Assembly (NCBI RefSeq): GCF_001194135.2
Contig: NC_068981.1
Location: 51,835,030 to 51,899,029, forward strand
Length of the DNA stretch: 64,000 bases
Reading direction: 5' to 3'
Source: Octopus bimaculoides
Lineage: Eukaryota
Shown here: positions 27,191 through 41,289 of the stretch, piece after piece
Position numbering within the stretch: position 1 is the stretch's first letter
Layout of the letters: the number at the start of each line of letters is the position of its first letter
Notes under the pieces: model-generated
What the model saw: only the letters and a program-made list of their open reading frames with translations
Database searches by the model: none
Told to the model about the DNA's origin: nothing
Program-made: the position numbers and the translations under genes

Positions 27191-28349
27191 ACATACTTGT
27201 TATGCATTCGAGTGTTATACACTTGGTTATGGCAATAACCGGTCAAAAACTCACCATTGATTTCCGTCAATTATTGCACTGGGCAAAATAGACTATTCAT
27301 TAGACATGCTGACCGGAAGCACATACTCTTTGTTACTGATGGAAGTAAATATACAGTCTTAGTCACTTTGATAGTAAAAGAAAATAATGAAAAATCCCTT
27401 ACACAGAGGGAGAGTTGCTTCCCTCGGTACGATTCCTTCTTTGGTTAGAATGGATCAGCTTTTCGAGATCCCTCGATTCTAACCTTTAAGACCCTCTTAG
27501 ATTTTCATTTATAACATTTTCTGCAAATTCGTAGGATGTTATATATGCAGTTCTTGTGTTTTTCAAATACTCGTAGTAGATATATGGTGGAGTTTGATTT
27601 AACCTCTACATTGGACTGTGCTTTAGAATGGATTTAGGTACTGTATCGTCAGTTGGGTTTGTCATTCATTTCCTCTGAATAAGTTACTACACCGTGACAA
27701 CTCGGTTATCCACAATATTATAATCACTTGGCAATTCCTTTCTAGACTGGGTGGGTGTGAGTTTCGTGGTTTAATTAGAATCTAGTAGATATTAATGTCT
27801 TTTGATCTATTGATACCGTAACACCTAACACTAAATGTTGCAGAAGTACATCAAGTATTGTCAGATTCTGAAGTATGAGATAGTCAGTCAAGAAGTCATG
27901 CATATTTTCAATACCATTAGAGAGCATGATTGTGCTTTGCAATACAAAATGTGACAAAAATATTAATGAGAAATACAATGTCTTCAATTTATAACTTTTC
28001 ATTTTTGTAATATAAATCATGCAATACAAACATTCAAATAACAGTAGTAGAAGGTTATGAAAGTTCCTTATGAGAGCCTATTATTTGATACTTCTCTTGT
28101 ATGATATACAGGTAAAGAAATTAAACACCAGATTATGACTGAAGATCAACCCAAGACTAAGACTTACTAATACATTTTTATGAGTGTACAATAGGACATA
28201 TGTGCTGTCCGCGTGTACTGAAATATATGTCTTTGAACTGCTAACGGATTTTGAACTATTAATAACTGCATGTAGATGTTCTTGACTCAACGAATCGGAT
28301 TGATATTACGCAGATGTTTTCTCTTAATATTATCAATATTATTACATAA

Positions 28350-29700
28350 GGCGGCGAGCTGGCAGAATCGTTAGCACTCAAAGGGAAATGCTTAGCGGTA
28401 TTTCATGCGTCTTTACGTTCTGAGTTCAAATTCCGCCGAGGTCAACTTTGCCTTTCATCCTTTCGGAGTCAATAAAATAAATACCATTTGAGTACTGGGG
28501 TCGATGTAACTGACCTGCTCCCTCCCCAAAATTGCTGGCCTTGTGCCAAAATTTGAAATCGATATTATTATTATTATTATTACATAAGGTGGCGAACGCG
28601 CTGGGTAAAATACTTGGCGGCATTTAATCCGTCTTTACGTTCTGAGTTCAAATTCTGCCGAGGTCAACTTTGCTTTTCATTCTCACGGTATCGAGAAAAT
28701 ACGTACCAGTTCAGCACAGGGGTCGATTTAATTGACTAAGCCAATTCCCGGAACTTGCTGGCCTTCTATCAAAGTTTGAAACCAATTTTGTTTTTATTAC
28801 AAAGGTGGCTAACTGGTAGAATCGTTCGCACCAAGAAAACTTCTTAGCGACATTTCTTCCGACTTTACGTTCTGAGTTCAAATACAACCGGAGTCAACTC
28901 TGCATCTCATCTTTTCGGAATTTTGATAAAATAAATATCATTTGAACACTGGGATTGGTATAATCGACATAACCCCTCCTCGCAAAAATACTAACTTTGT
29001 GCCAGAATTTGAAAGCAATATTTTAAAAAAGGGTTCGAGCGGGCAGGATCTTTAGCACGCTGCACTAAATGCCTGGCGGCATTTCCTCCGTCTCCACGGT
29101 CTCGGTTCAAACACAGCTGGAGTCAAATTTACCCTTCATTTTTTCAGAATTGATGGAATAAGTATCATTTGAACACTGTGATCGATATAATCGACTTAAC
29201 CATTCCCCGCGAAATTACAAGTCTTGTACCAGAATGAATTTGAATGCCATATTTTAAAAAAGGAGGCGAGCTTATAGAATCGTTAGCACACTCGACTAAA
29301 TGTCTAGCGGCATTTCATCCATTCTGAGTTCCAATTCCACCGAGGTCGTCATTGCCTTTCATCCTTTTTGGAGTTGATAAAATACGTAATAGTTGAGCAC
29401 TGATGTCGATGCATTCCCTCCCCCGAAATTTCTGGCCTTGTGCCAAGATTTGAAATCTGTATTGTTGTTATTAAAAAGGCGGTGAGCTGGCAGAATCGTT
29501 AGCACACTGAGCAAAATGCTAGCGGTATTACGTCTGTCTTCATGTTCTGAGTTCAAGTTCCGCCGAGGTCGACTTTGCCCTTCTTCTTTTCGGGATGGAT
29601 AAAATATGTACCAGTTAAATACTAGGGTCGATGTAACTTACATGCCCCTCCCTTAAAACTGCTGGCTTTGTGCCTAAGTTTGAAACCAATATTATTATTA
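28350..29700 (+). mobile_element. Head-to-tail array of six SINE family A copies (~215-240 bp each)
   Basis: Unit heads at ~28350, 28588, 28804, 29031, 29262, 29478 (GGCGGCGAGCTGGCAGAATCGTTAGC variants), each with GTTCTGAGTTCAAAT (box B-like) and ending TTTGAAA..ATATT(ATT)n. Confidence 0.9.
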
Positions 29701-30269
29701 CACATTTCCTTTTAACAAACTCCTATTTTTAAGATAAATTTCCTTCTGGAGCACAGACAAATCTAATACTTATAACACTTATAGATTGATGATAAAAGAA
29801 GAAAATTGTCTTTCTTATATTGATTTGTACCTCAGATACAAATCTACAAGATATTGAAAGAGAAAGAGTGTAATCGCTTTGATAAACACTAGCACTTGAA
29901 TGCTAGTTATTTTTACCACTCATAGAAATATTAAATCAAATTGGACTTGGGTTGGATTTTAATTTAGACCGTAAAAGATGACAAATATGACACAGCATTT
30001 TGTCCCAGCGCTCTACTTATTCCGCCAGCCACAATTCTGATTTCTGTTTCTGATATTAGAAATTTTTAATTTCGTAAATTAAACAACATATATTAGAAAT
30101 TGTGAATTTAAAACTCTTTATTTCTCATTAATATGTTTTGCTGCAAACATTTTCTATTGTAAAATAATGTCATGAAGCAGTACTGTTTCGGTGATTAAAG
30201 TCGATGGGTTTATTTGTCTTCCTCTCCGAAGTTAACTATACTGCTCTTGGAAAAGACATGAATTAAGAA

Positions 30270-30610
30270 GCTTGCTTCCTAACCACATGGTTCTAGGTTC
30301 AGTCCCACTGTGTGACATCATGGACAAGTATCTTCTACTATAGTCTCGGACCGACCAAATCTTTGTGAGTGGATTTGGCAGACGGAAACTGACAGAAGCC
30401 CGTCGTATACATGTGTGTGTGTATGCGTGTGCGTGTGTGTGTGTGTGTGTTTGTCCCCCTGTCATCGTTTGACAACTGATGCTGGTGTGTTTATGTAACT
30501 TAGCGGTTCAACAAAAGAGAACCATAGAGTAAGTTTGTTTGACTAAAACCCTATAAGGCAGTACTCCAGCTTGACCGCAGTCAAATTACTGAAACAAGTA
30601 AAAGAATAAA
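30270..30610 (+). mobile_element. SINE family B copy with an internal (TG)n tract
   Basis: AAGAAGCTTGCTTCC.AACCACATGGTT..GGTTCAGTCCCACTG...GGATTTGGCAGACGGAAACTGA.AGAAGCCCGTCGTAT; a second copy is reversed at 38745-39140. Confidence 0.8.
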
Positions 30611-33600
30611 AAAAGAAAAAAAATCTTACAGAATTTTATGCCTATTCACGAAAACCAACTTTTATTTATTATATATGTTAGAAGTACACTTATTAGTCAC
30701 CGTGCCAACACAGTTCCACTGGTGGTAACCAAGCTCTGGACAAGTTGCCAATAAATTATAAGATTCTTTGGGGAAAAATAATAATTTTATTTTTCAATTC
30801 TTCTTTATCGATGCGATTAGTTTTGTTACTTTCAGTTAGTTCAGTTCAGGCAGATTAGAAACTTAAAAAGTATGTCAGTAATAACAACGTCGAAATAAAT
30901 GTGAATAATACAGGTATCAACGGCGACAAGTAGATTGCTAATTTGAAATTCCAAACATAAGAAACCACATTATTCGCCACTTTATTCCTAGTTCACATCC
31001 AAACTGTTTCTGTTGGATACCTTGGTGTGGCTAGCATGCCATGTGTCTAAAATGGTGTGTCTTTTGTCAATTTGATTTTGTTATCAACCGTGCTTTCTCA
31101 AAGAAGTTATTCCTCAGAGTTGCGAGAGAGTAATATATAAAAGACAAGAAACAGCCGTACAACTGTAACTTCAAGAATATTGCTGTTAAACCTATTTTAA
31201 TCATTCTAATCATAACTAATGGATTCTTAAATTCTCACATGAATGCGAATGTTACTTGCCATTATTCAAGGCTGAAATATATTTGTTTTACTGTTATAAT
31301 TTGTCTTCCGGTTAATGCCATAGAACAATAATTTAATTCAATAACCAAATTGCTTTACGCATTAAATTAGTCAGTTGTTCTCGCATTTGGTTTTATATTG
31401 CTGCATTCCTATATCATCCAAGCTACATCAACGAGGGAAATCAGACATAAAAACGTGTATCACTAAGGTGTATTTCGAAAATCTAAGGAAGGAGATGAGA
31501 GGGAATAAGAAGACAAAGACTAAGAAGACAGAGACGAAGAAGAGCGAGGAGATAGAACAGGGGAAAACCAGTAGTTGAGATAGTGAAGACGGCTATGAAG
31601 GTGGAAGTTTTGTTGTGATGGTAGTGGACTTCTGCAATAATTAATCCGTTTAGTCTCTTGCGTTAGTACATCCGTTAAATTGTCTTTCCAGTATGGCGAT
31701 TCTATGAAACAGAATTATCATTTCTTGGAAATATGCAGAGAAAATGGAAGAAACTACTTCCCTACATGAAAAATGATTCCAACAACAGAAAGGTAAATTA
31801 CATTCTAATTGCTAATTAAAATGCAGTTTTGAAAGAAACATATTTTATTTTCTCTAAAAATGACAAATTTCAAGATAATAATTAATTCTTACAATTTTTC
31901 TTCGTTATTATCGTTTTCACTTTATTTACATTTTGAATTTCAAAAGCATTTTAGCATTTCCTAATCGAATTCATGTTATATGCAATCTAAAACTGTCAAA
32001 GTTACACATGATTATCGTGTGACTGCGAAGTATAGAGTGTAATTATTTGTCTAAAAGCTAAGCAAAGTTATATTTGATTGTTTAAGTCACAACAGACGAA
32101 TTTATAAAATGTCAGGTACTCGGCAAATGTCCACGCTGAGACACTAAATCTTATCATTGACCCTGATCAAGTCACTTAGATATTCTCATAAAGTTTCAAT
32201 ATTTCATTGCCTAAAGAGAGTGGCAGAGAGAAAGATGGAAGGAGGGAGAGAGAGAGAAAGAAGCAGAAAGAGAGAGAGAGAGGCAGAAGAAAAAGAGGGA
32301 GGCAGAAAGAAAGAGAGAGAGGCAAAAAGAAAGAGAGAGAAAGTGATGACTATGAGAAGTAAAGGGAGAGAAATATTATTTGAATGTCTTCTTCAGGAAA
32401 TCAATAAAGCAGATTACGATTATGGAAATGGAAGTCGTTCGACTATCAGTGACGAATTAACAAGCGAGAATTTTTAAATATACAATAATGGAAAAATTTG
32501 TCAAACGATTCGAATAGGCAGAAAGGAACAGTTTGGAATATTAGCCTCAGAAACAATAATCGCGATCAGAAACAGCAACTAGTGACGTTTGCTCTATTGT
32601 CATAACATCGAACTTCTTGAGAAGTACGTTTTTTTTTCCAAATTTTATTTATTCGTTACCGATGATGCTGATTATCCATTCTCATGACATCGCTCATCAC
32701 GCTGATGTAGGGTTTAGGGTATCCCCAAACGTGACCCCCTCGTAGATTGATACATCTAAATCTACATTGTCAATACCAATATTTAAGACAACGGGTTTTT
32801 TTTTTTTTTAGATGAAGGTGATTTAGCTGGTATTTCTAGAATTTTATTCAATGGCTTGTTATATTTTATTAGCTTCCAAAATAAAAGAAAATAAATGAAC
32901 TTAACGAATNNNNNNNNNNNNNNNNNNNNNNNNTATATATATATATATCTTCCTCGTTTGCTATCAGTATAAGTTTGTCAGCACAACAAATATACCCCGA
33001 TTGCTTGAGTGACGAACATGAAAATCAATTATACTGTAAAAATGGAAAATTATAAACAAAACAAGCTTCAGGCTAAACTGTTAACCTATTTATTAATAAT
33101 GGATAATATTAGAAATTAATTTCTCAATTTACTATTTTGATTAAGCGCCAATATTCGCATATATCCCAAGGAACTGCTAAATAAATGATTTGTGTCAGAT
33201 GATTGGGAAATAATAAAAGCTATAGGAAATTTCCTATCAATTAAATATTTTTAAATAAACGGTTTGAGGCCATTATGTGGAAGGTACAAACGAAATTGAA
33301 TTATGCTTGGTATCACATAACGTATGACGAAATATATATGTATACGTGCATGTGCGTGGATGCGCGTACAAGCGCGTGTATGCGAGTTTATGCGCCTATG
33401 TGCACATGCTTATGTGTGTGGGGGCGATTGTGTATTTGAAATATATTGTCTCGTTGTGAAATGAAATAGGGCAGATATACTCCAGATTCATATAATTTTT
33501 CTTCTCAAATGTCATAGTCGTCCTATTCCTTACCAGTCACTGTTAGAGGTCACATAAAGTGCTCCCCTATCAGCTTCATCAACTGTTTCTCTTGCCGAGT

Positions 33601-34489
33601 AAATGAGGAGATAGAGCTACACTGTCAACTGACCTGTTTCCTTCAGATTGCATCCCATCATCTTCAATAAGGAAATTTAGATAATATAGTCCTATAGACC
33701 ACTGAAAAGTAGAATAAAGAATGGAGTTTTATTGACCATAAGTCTCTTCAGGCTCCATCAGTTTTGACATGTGGTTAAGAAAAATAGCAAATCCTTGATA
33801 TCTGCAGAAAGATTCAAAGACTATTCAAATCCGTAGCCTGATATTTGAAGACATCTGGCTCTATCACGGACCATTTCTTGATTTGTTGTGTAACCTCACT
33901 TTCTTGGAAATATAAAGAAATGCCTATCAATTTTACTCTTGAAATGAAAGCTTCTCCTTTCTTTTTGTCCTTGCTTTTTATCATCCTTTTCTCCTTCTTT
34001 TCTTTGTTATTTATAGGAACCTTGGTACGTGCAGGCCTGTGCACGGTCATGTGTCTGAGTTTCCTCTTCCTTGGAATAAGTAGATAGTTTTTTTCATCTG
34101 TTCAACCCCGTGACTCTTTCCTCTTAATTTTTTTCTTTCACCGTAATTTTCTCCTTCGACTTTTTTCCTCTTTCAAATTTTCCTAGTTTATTCTTTATGT
34201 TTATGCGTATAAATTTCACTATATATTCATACAGCAGGATATATATGAGTGCGTGTGTGTATGTGTAGGGGAAAGTGCGTAATTGTGCATATATCTCTAT
34301 ATAAATGTATAGGTATGCGTGTATATAATTTAATTCTTTGCTGTTATGCATAACATGCTCTTCCTTCATCCTCACTTCCTTTCTGTTGTTCGATTTTGTT
34401 GCCTTCTAATAGAATCCTTTCTGTTTAGCTATCTTCCACTACACCTTTCATAACACTCCTAAACCCTATTTACAGTCATCCAATACACA

Positions 34490-34547
<58 letters not shown>

Positions 34548-34591
34548 AACACACACACNNNNNNNNNNNNNNNNNNNNNNNNNNNNNNNNN

Positions 34592-34646
<55 letters not shown>

Positions 34647-36193
34647 TCACTACTCTGACGAAACATCATAATTCTCTTCTTTTCACGGCACGCAAACTTA
34701 TTCTATTTTGTGAACTTTATTGAACTAATTTAACACTGTCAAACGTGATGCAGAGGAAAGCCGCTCACAGCTATAGAGAAAATGAGTATTAATTCACAGG
34801 GGTTTGCTAACTTGCATATTAATGTGAGTTTGACAACCGTTACAGAATTATTAATACAACATCACAGAAAGAAAATGGAAAATTCTTGTACGTCGAAGTA
34901 TAAATATATATTCCAAATCTATAACATCACAATTTAGTTCATCAGGTGTGAATTAAGATGCATTCTTTTTATGGTTATGAGCTTTGTTACTTAGCAACGC
35001 GGCGACAAAGTCAAAAGACCTCTGTCGACAACTTCACAGAATTCAAAATTACGCAGATAGTTCGATACGCATTCAATAATACCAAAAAGTTGTAATGTAT
35101 TTCCTGAGCTCCAATTCAGAGAAACAGTTCACTTATTTTAAACATAGAGTTGTACTTTACAATTACGATTTCATGTGTGTGTGTGTAATTCATACTAAAA
35201 GTGTTCACGAATACATTGAAATATAATTAGTCAACAGTACATACAGAAATTGGATTTTTGCGGTTGTTGCTGTAAAAAGAAATAACGATAGAAAACAAGT
35301 CGTGCATTTACGTATTTAATTATTATATGTTGGCACAGTGATATATTCATTCATTCACATATGGAAGTATGTGAAGTTTTTATTCTTCAGTTTCAAATAT
35401 ATAAAACAGACGTAAGCATGAAAGTCAGCCATTGTTATTGAAGCCTTAGTACAAATAAAAACATTTTTTAATATATAAGGCGTAGAAATTGCATCGTGTA
35501 TACTATTTTAACTGGTTGGTAGTCGGCAGTTTGTAATTCTTCAATAGAAATCGCTAAAATTATCTGCAAGAATTTATAAATATCGATCTTTTGTTCAAAA
35601 TTGCAGAAGACTTTAATAGTGTGTTTATATTTTCTGAAAGTCAGAGATCACACTTTCAAGAACCATTAATGAAGGGGATTGCATTTTCTACAATGAACCA
35701 ATACATTTTATCATTGTAAATATTATCATCCTTCAAAGTTTAAATACATGTTTGTACAGTGAGAGAGTGAAACGTCTTTCCGAGTGTCTTATCCTGTAAC
35801 ATTCAGCGATGAGTTTCGATTAGTTGCTTAGGTGTTGCATATTATTGTTGTTCTGTACGTGATGTATCCTATATTTCAAGCAATTATAAACATTTTATTA
35901 CATGCCTTAATCCTCCATGATGTTTCATGATGTTTGAATATTCATTTAGATATTCACACTATTTTTTTATCATCATCATTTCATTGAGCAACAGAGCATG
36001 CTTGAAGTTCAGTTCAGACTTATCGATGAATACGACGGCTATCTACTGCCTATTACATGAGAAATTTAAACATTAAGAAATAATTTGTTTCGACAACACA
36101 ATTACAAAAACCCTTATGCACTTCTTATGCATTATTTAGCATTTCGCGTTATAAGAACCAGACAGACAGACAGACAGACAAGACAAGACAGAC

Positions 36194-36269
<76 letters not shown>

Positions 36270-36270
<1 letters not shown>

Positions 36271-37400
36271 TGAAGGCCGTCAACTCGATTTCAAGCATAA
36301 CCACTTTCTCATAGAAGACGCTTGCCTGTGAGAGGTTTGATAGAATTTCTACCATTAGCCTTCCGATTTCTTCCTTGATCTGAATTCGTTTTAAATCGTT
36401 TGAGCAATGTAACACAATTTGCTCAAGAAACCACACCGTCAGCAGTTCTGCTCTTGTACATTAGTCCAAACTGGATTTTCACCCCAGCAGTTAATGAGCA
36501 CCCATTAGTACTCCGAAGGAGTTCTTTGTTTGTAAGAATATTATGCTTTTCTCCTAGTATGTGACCGTTCATGGGTGATAAGTCTGGCTTGATACTTCCA
36601 GCATCCTCCACGCATGACTTTAATGCAACAGAGATCACGAATGCCAGGTTTATGCATAATAACAAAGTCAATGATACGACCACTATTTGTTTGACCGGAT
36701 ATTTCCGCACGTAACTTTATGCATGAGTTTTCGCTGGAACAGTGTACTGTTTATATCAAGACCTTAGTACAGAGCTCCACAGGGCGTAGATTACTATTAT
36801 TCAAATTACCTATGCCGAAGCGTCCTGAAAGAGACCGCGTATTGCAGTCGCGACACGCCCTGCCATTGGAGTCACCAGATAAGATGATCTTGTCGACAGT
36901 TTGTAAGGAAACAAATGGCATTTCAAGGAGTTTCGTAGAAAAGGAATGGGTGGAGGACAGCTGAGTAAAGAGCTGGTGCATACAAAGAAAGTTATGAGAG
37001 TTTAAGAAGGGTTTAATGATACAGTCGTTTAGATTTGATGGCAGTTCATCCACCCTATCAGCTACAATTTTGGGGATCGCAAATCCAACACTGTCCCCGT
37101 TTCTTATCTGTCGGGACCGACTCAAAACGAACTCTAGATATAACACTTGAATTAGCTGATTTGCCCCGACAATCGTATCTTAGAAAGGACAGCAATATCG
37201 GTTATATATCTACCAAGTTTTGCAGCATCAAGTGCAGTATTGCGTTCAGATTTTCTGGGCGGAGGTTGATCATCCTGCAGGGTTCACGCATTCATGAAAT
37301 TCATCCACCATTTTGTCCTTCGCCTGTTTATGTTTCTGCATTTACGTTTTCAGATTTGTTGTTCCCACTGAAAATGAGCAACCGTCAGTCGCAGTAAACA
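36270..37400 (-). mobile_element. RTE LINE 5' portion: AP-endonuclease domain relic
   Basis: Minus strand: 'ERNTALDAAKLGRYN', 'VGFAIPK', 'DKIILSGDSNGRA', 'GRFGIGNLN', 'IIDFVIMHK' match RTE APE motifs ERRTAL..ELARY / GVGFAI / DKLILLGDFNARVG / LIDYVI; ends at a (GATA)n/(GACA)n tract. Confidence 0.88.
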
Positions 37401-38112
37401 GATCAGATTTTAAACAGGAAATATTTGTAACACATTTTCTATTCTCTTCCCAGTAATTTGTTGAGATTACTCTCCTTAAATAAGGATGCTCAATCACAGG
37501 TGATTTCACGCAATTTTTCTGTCACAATAGAAACAAACGAGTATAAAATAATACCTTCTCGCCTAATGTTCAGGCTTATAGCCGTATGCTTTTACCTCGT
37601 CACCCCTCGACAAAAGATTATTTCTCATACTACGATGTTGGATAGAATTAGGCATACTGCACTTCATAGAGCTTATAGTGAAATGTGCTTGTACAAACGA
37701 ATATCACTCTCTATATATCAGTTGATATGTTCTAATGACAAGAAAATATCAAGATGACTAACGACGCAGCAAATGGCGGTTTTATATTAGAGATTCCTTC
37801 TCTTAGCTTCCGTCAACCAAACCAGCATACAATGCAGAAAATGTTTTAAAATTACTATTTTCTAAATGGATGTTACTCCAAAACTCTCTCGTTCATCATA
37901 CTGTGTGTTTTTATGTCCTTGTGCTTTATTACTAGATATTCGTTGACTCTGTAGAGGTTTCCTCCTCGTTTTGACGTCTTGTATTTCTCCTACTGTGTTT
38001 CAACCTACTGAAAGACAGTGAATCGGTTAAGTCGACATTGACCAGAACGTGAGTACATATTGTACTGAGCTACATGTTGCATGTTATCTAAAATTTTGAA
38101 TTGAGCCTGAAA

Positions 38113-38321
38113 TACGAAGGGTGCTGAAAAGTTCATGGCTTTAAGGGTGTCGCGAAAGACCTGGCTGGAGGCCCAGGCTTCTGAGTTCTTTTGCAGGGAT
38201 TAAAAAAAAAACTGAAGGACCGCTGCAATAAGAGGGGAAAATGTTGAATGAAACCATTATTATCTGACCCTCCTGTACTATTTTTCACCCAAAGCCGGGA
38301 ACTTTTCAGCACTCTACGCAT
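38113..38321 (+). mobile_element. Mariner-derived MITE (internal deletion derivative)
   Basis: Left TIR (TA)CGAAGGGTGCTGAAAAGTTCATGGCTTTAAGGGTG; right TIR CACCCAAAGCCGGGAACTTTTCAGCACTCT; interior encodes 'GIKKKLKDRCNK..RGENVE*'-like transposase C-terminus across indels. Confidence 0.8.
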
Positions 38322-38744
38322 GTGTGTATTGCGCGCGCGCACGTGTGTGTGTGTAGTGAACGTGGAATAAGTGTTTTTCTCGGGTGAAATAAGTGTTTCC
38401 TCCTCCACCCACTCCAGTTACATGGAAACATAACTTGGAGAAACATAGTTTATTTCAATAAATTCGCCATTACGTTACTCAACTGCTACGCTTACAATGT
38501 GAAAAGGAAATACATAACTCGTAGAAATATAAAGAAAATATGCATAGATGTGTGCGTGTGTGTATATGTGTGGGTGGGTGTGCGCGCGCGCGTGCCAATA
38601 TTTATGTATATGTTTGTGTTTTATGCATGTATTTGTGCGTTTATATATACTTTACCGAAATATATTTATATAACTACATATATATTATAAATATACATCT
38701 ATGTAATTATATATATTCTTTTACTATTTCAGTCATTTGATTGT

Positions 38745-39140
38745 GGCCATGCTTGAGCAAAGCTTTAAAGGGTTTTAGTAGAAGAAATCGATCCCAGGAC
38801 TTATTCTTTATAAGCTTAGTGCATATTCTATCGGTCCATTTTGCAGAACCGCAAATTTACGCGGACATAAGCACACCCACGTCAATTGTCAAGCAACGGT
38901 GGGCAGACAAATACAATGACACACACACATGAATATATGCATATATATATAGATACGACAGGCTTCTTTCAGTTTCCACTCACATCCACTCATATCCACT
39001 CACAAGGCTTTGGTCGGCCCGGAGCTGAAGTAGAAGACACTTGCTGAAGTAGAAGACACTTGCTGAAGGTGCCACGCAGTGGGATTGAATCGAAACCATG
39101 TGATCGGGAAGGAAGCTTCTTACCACGCAGTCACGCCTAT
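38745..39140 (-). mobile_element. SINE family B copy, with a 19-bp internal duplication (GCTGAAGTAGAAGACACTT x2)
   Basis: Reverse complement of the 30270-30610 family. Confidence 0.8.
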
Positions 39141-39670
39141 ATGTATATGCATATATATATATATATATATATANNNNNNNNNNNNNNNNNNNNNNNNNNN
39201 NNNNNNNNNNNNNNNNNNNNNNNNNNNNNNNNNNNNNNNNNNNNNNNNNNNNNNNNNNNNNNNNNNNNNNNNNNNNNNNNNNNNNNNNNNNNNNNNNNNN
39301 NNNNNNNNNNNNNNNNNNNNNNNNNNNNNNNNNNNNNNNNNNNNNNNNNNNNNNNNNNNNNNNNNNNNNNNNNNNNNNNNNNNNNNNNNNNNNNNNNNNN
39401 NNNNNNNNNNNNNNNNNNNNNNNNNNNNNNNNNNNNNNNNNNNNNNNNNNNNNNNNNNNNNNNNNNNNNNNNNNNNNNNNNNNNNNNNNNNNNNNNNNNN
39501 NNNNNNNNNNNNNNNNNNNNNNNNNNNNNNNNNNNNNNNNNNNNNNNNNNNNNNNNNNNNNNNNNNNNNNNNNNNNNNNNNNNNNNNNNNNNNNNNNNNN
39601 NNNNNNNNNNNNNNNNNNNNNNNNNNNNNNNNNNNNNNNNNNNNNNNNNNNNNNNNNNNNNNNNNNNNNN

Positions 39671-39721
<51 letters not shown>

Positions 39722-41289
39722 TAGATAGATATATAGATATATGTGTGGATGTGTGGGTGTATGTATGTATGTATGTATATATATAGCACTTCAGTATAGT
39801 GCATGTGATAGAATCCATTATTCTATAAACAGTAATGTTTTCTATGTTAGCTCAGTGTAATGTTTGTGGCAACACAGTTTCCCATTCTACTGAAAGTATA
39901 ATTTAATCTATGTGACAGTATATTTTACTCTTAATGTATGTATTCTTATTGTATATGCGTATAGTTTACTGTGTGTTGTTAGGTAATCTACTTTGTAGCT
40001 TAAATCTTGAGACTGAAAGAGTGTTTCACATCAAATATGCATTTGTCTGTATCTGCTCTTTGATGAGACGTTAATTTCACTTACATTCTTGTGTGTATCT
40101 GAAATGACATTGACGTTTTGCCAAAACTTCAGTCACTGCACCAATTTACTAACAGAATTACTCTGGTTGCAATGAACAGAATTAAATTCCCACGGAAACT
40201 AAGTTGGAAATTATTCTCTCTAAATTATAGTCGAATCTTTTCTGCCAAAAGTAGTTACTATTATATTACAAAGACTTATTTTGAGACAAATATAAATTTG
40301 TTCTCATTCAGAATTGTTACGGGGGCAGTCGTTGGCCAAGTGGATATTGGTAATGCCTGTCAGCCTGCGCTTTGACTTTGATAAACGCACTTTTCGAGGA
40401 CCAAAGCTATCTTGTGTTTATAATAAGCATATTGGAATGTTAAAGCACATTTCCTTTGTGGAAACAATGTGATTGATGAATATTTAGGATGTTTCATTAG
40501 CTTGTGGTAGTGAGCTTAAATTGATGAGTCAAAACTACGTACTATTAGAGTTGCTCTTATTTATTTCCCGGTCATCACATGCTGTTTTCTATGCTTCAGG
40601 TAATACGGAACTATCTATGGTTCCCATATTGTTTTTAAGATGATAGCTGTAATTTGAAGGAGATTTGACTGCTATTTCTAGAATGGTGAACTTCCATGTA
40701 GAAACTCCATAGCGGAATGAATTATTGGAGTGCATCAAAATAATTTATAATTCTGAATTGATGGAGGAATTCGCAGGGGTGATAACACAGTAACCTCTAC
40801 TCATCACTATTCTCAATGTTATCTCGAAATGACTTCAAAGTGATGAGAAATGTGTGTATGCATGCATGTATTTTTGTATGTATGCACGTATGTATGTATG
40901 TATGTATGCGCGTAAATATGCATATATAATGTATGCATAGATGTTTGTTTACAGAAGTTGTTCGAGGGACGAAACCTAAATGCATCTATGTCGTTGGGTG
41001 TGTGTGCTTATTTTATTTGTGGAGGCGCGTTTATGAGTTGTGTATATGGGGGTTGTGTTACGTATGGGTGTGTATGTGTATGAGTGTTATATGTATGTGT
41101 GTATGAGTGTGTTTATATGTATATGTGTTAAGAGTATGCTTGTTGGAGCGCACGCGCAAGTCTATGTGTGAGCGTGATGGCTTTCTATATGTGTCTGCTG
41201 TTTTTGTTTGTTTTAGAATGTTCTTGCTTTACAATATGCGTATGTGTTGCCGAGTTGCATGCTTCAGAGGAACTTTGTGTATCGATGCA

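Noticed and set aside
32398-32477. Possible exon after TTCTTCAG (EINKADYDYGNGSRSTISDELTSENF*)
   Set aside because: Only a generic acceptor, no homology, and the upstream ORF part is a GA-rich low-complexity tract.
33814-34050. Lys-rich ORF resembling a LINE ORF1 fragment
   Set aside because: The resemblance is vague and partly due to low complexity.
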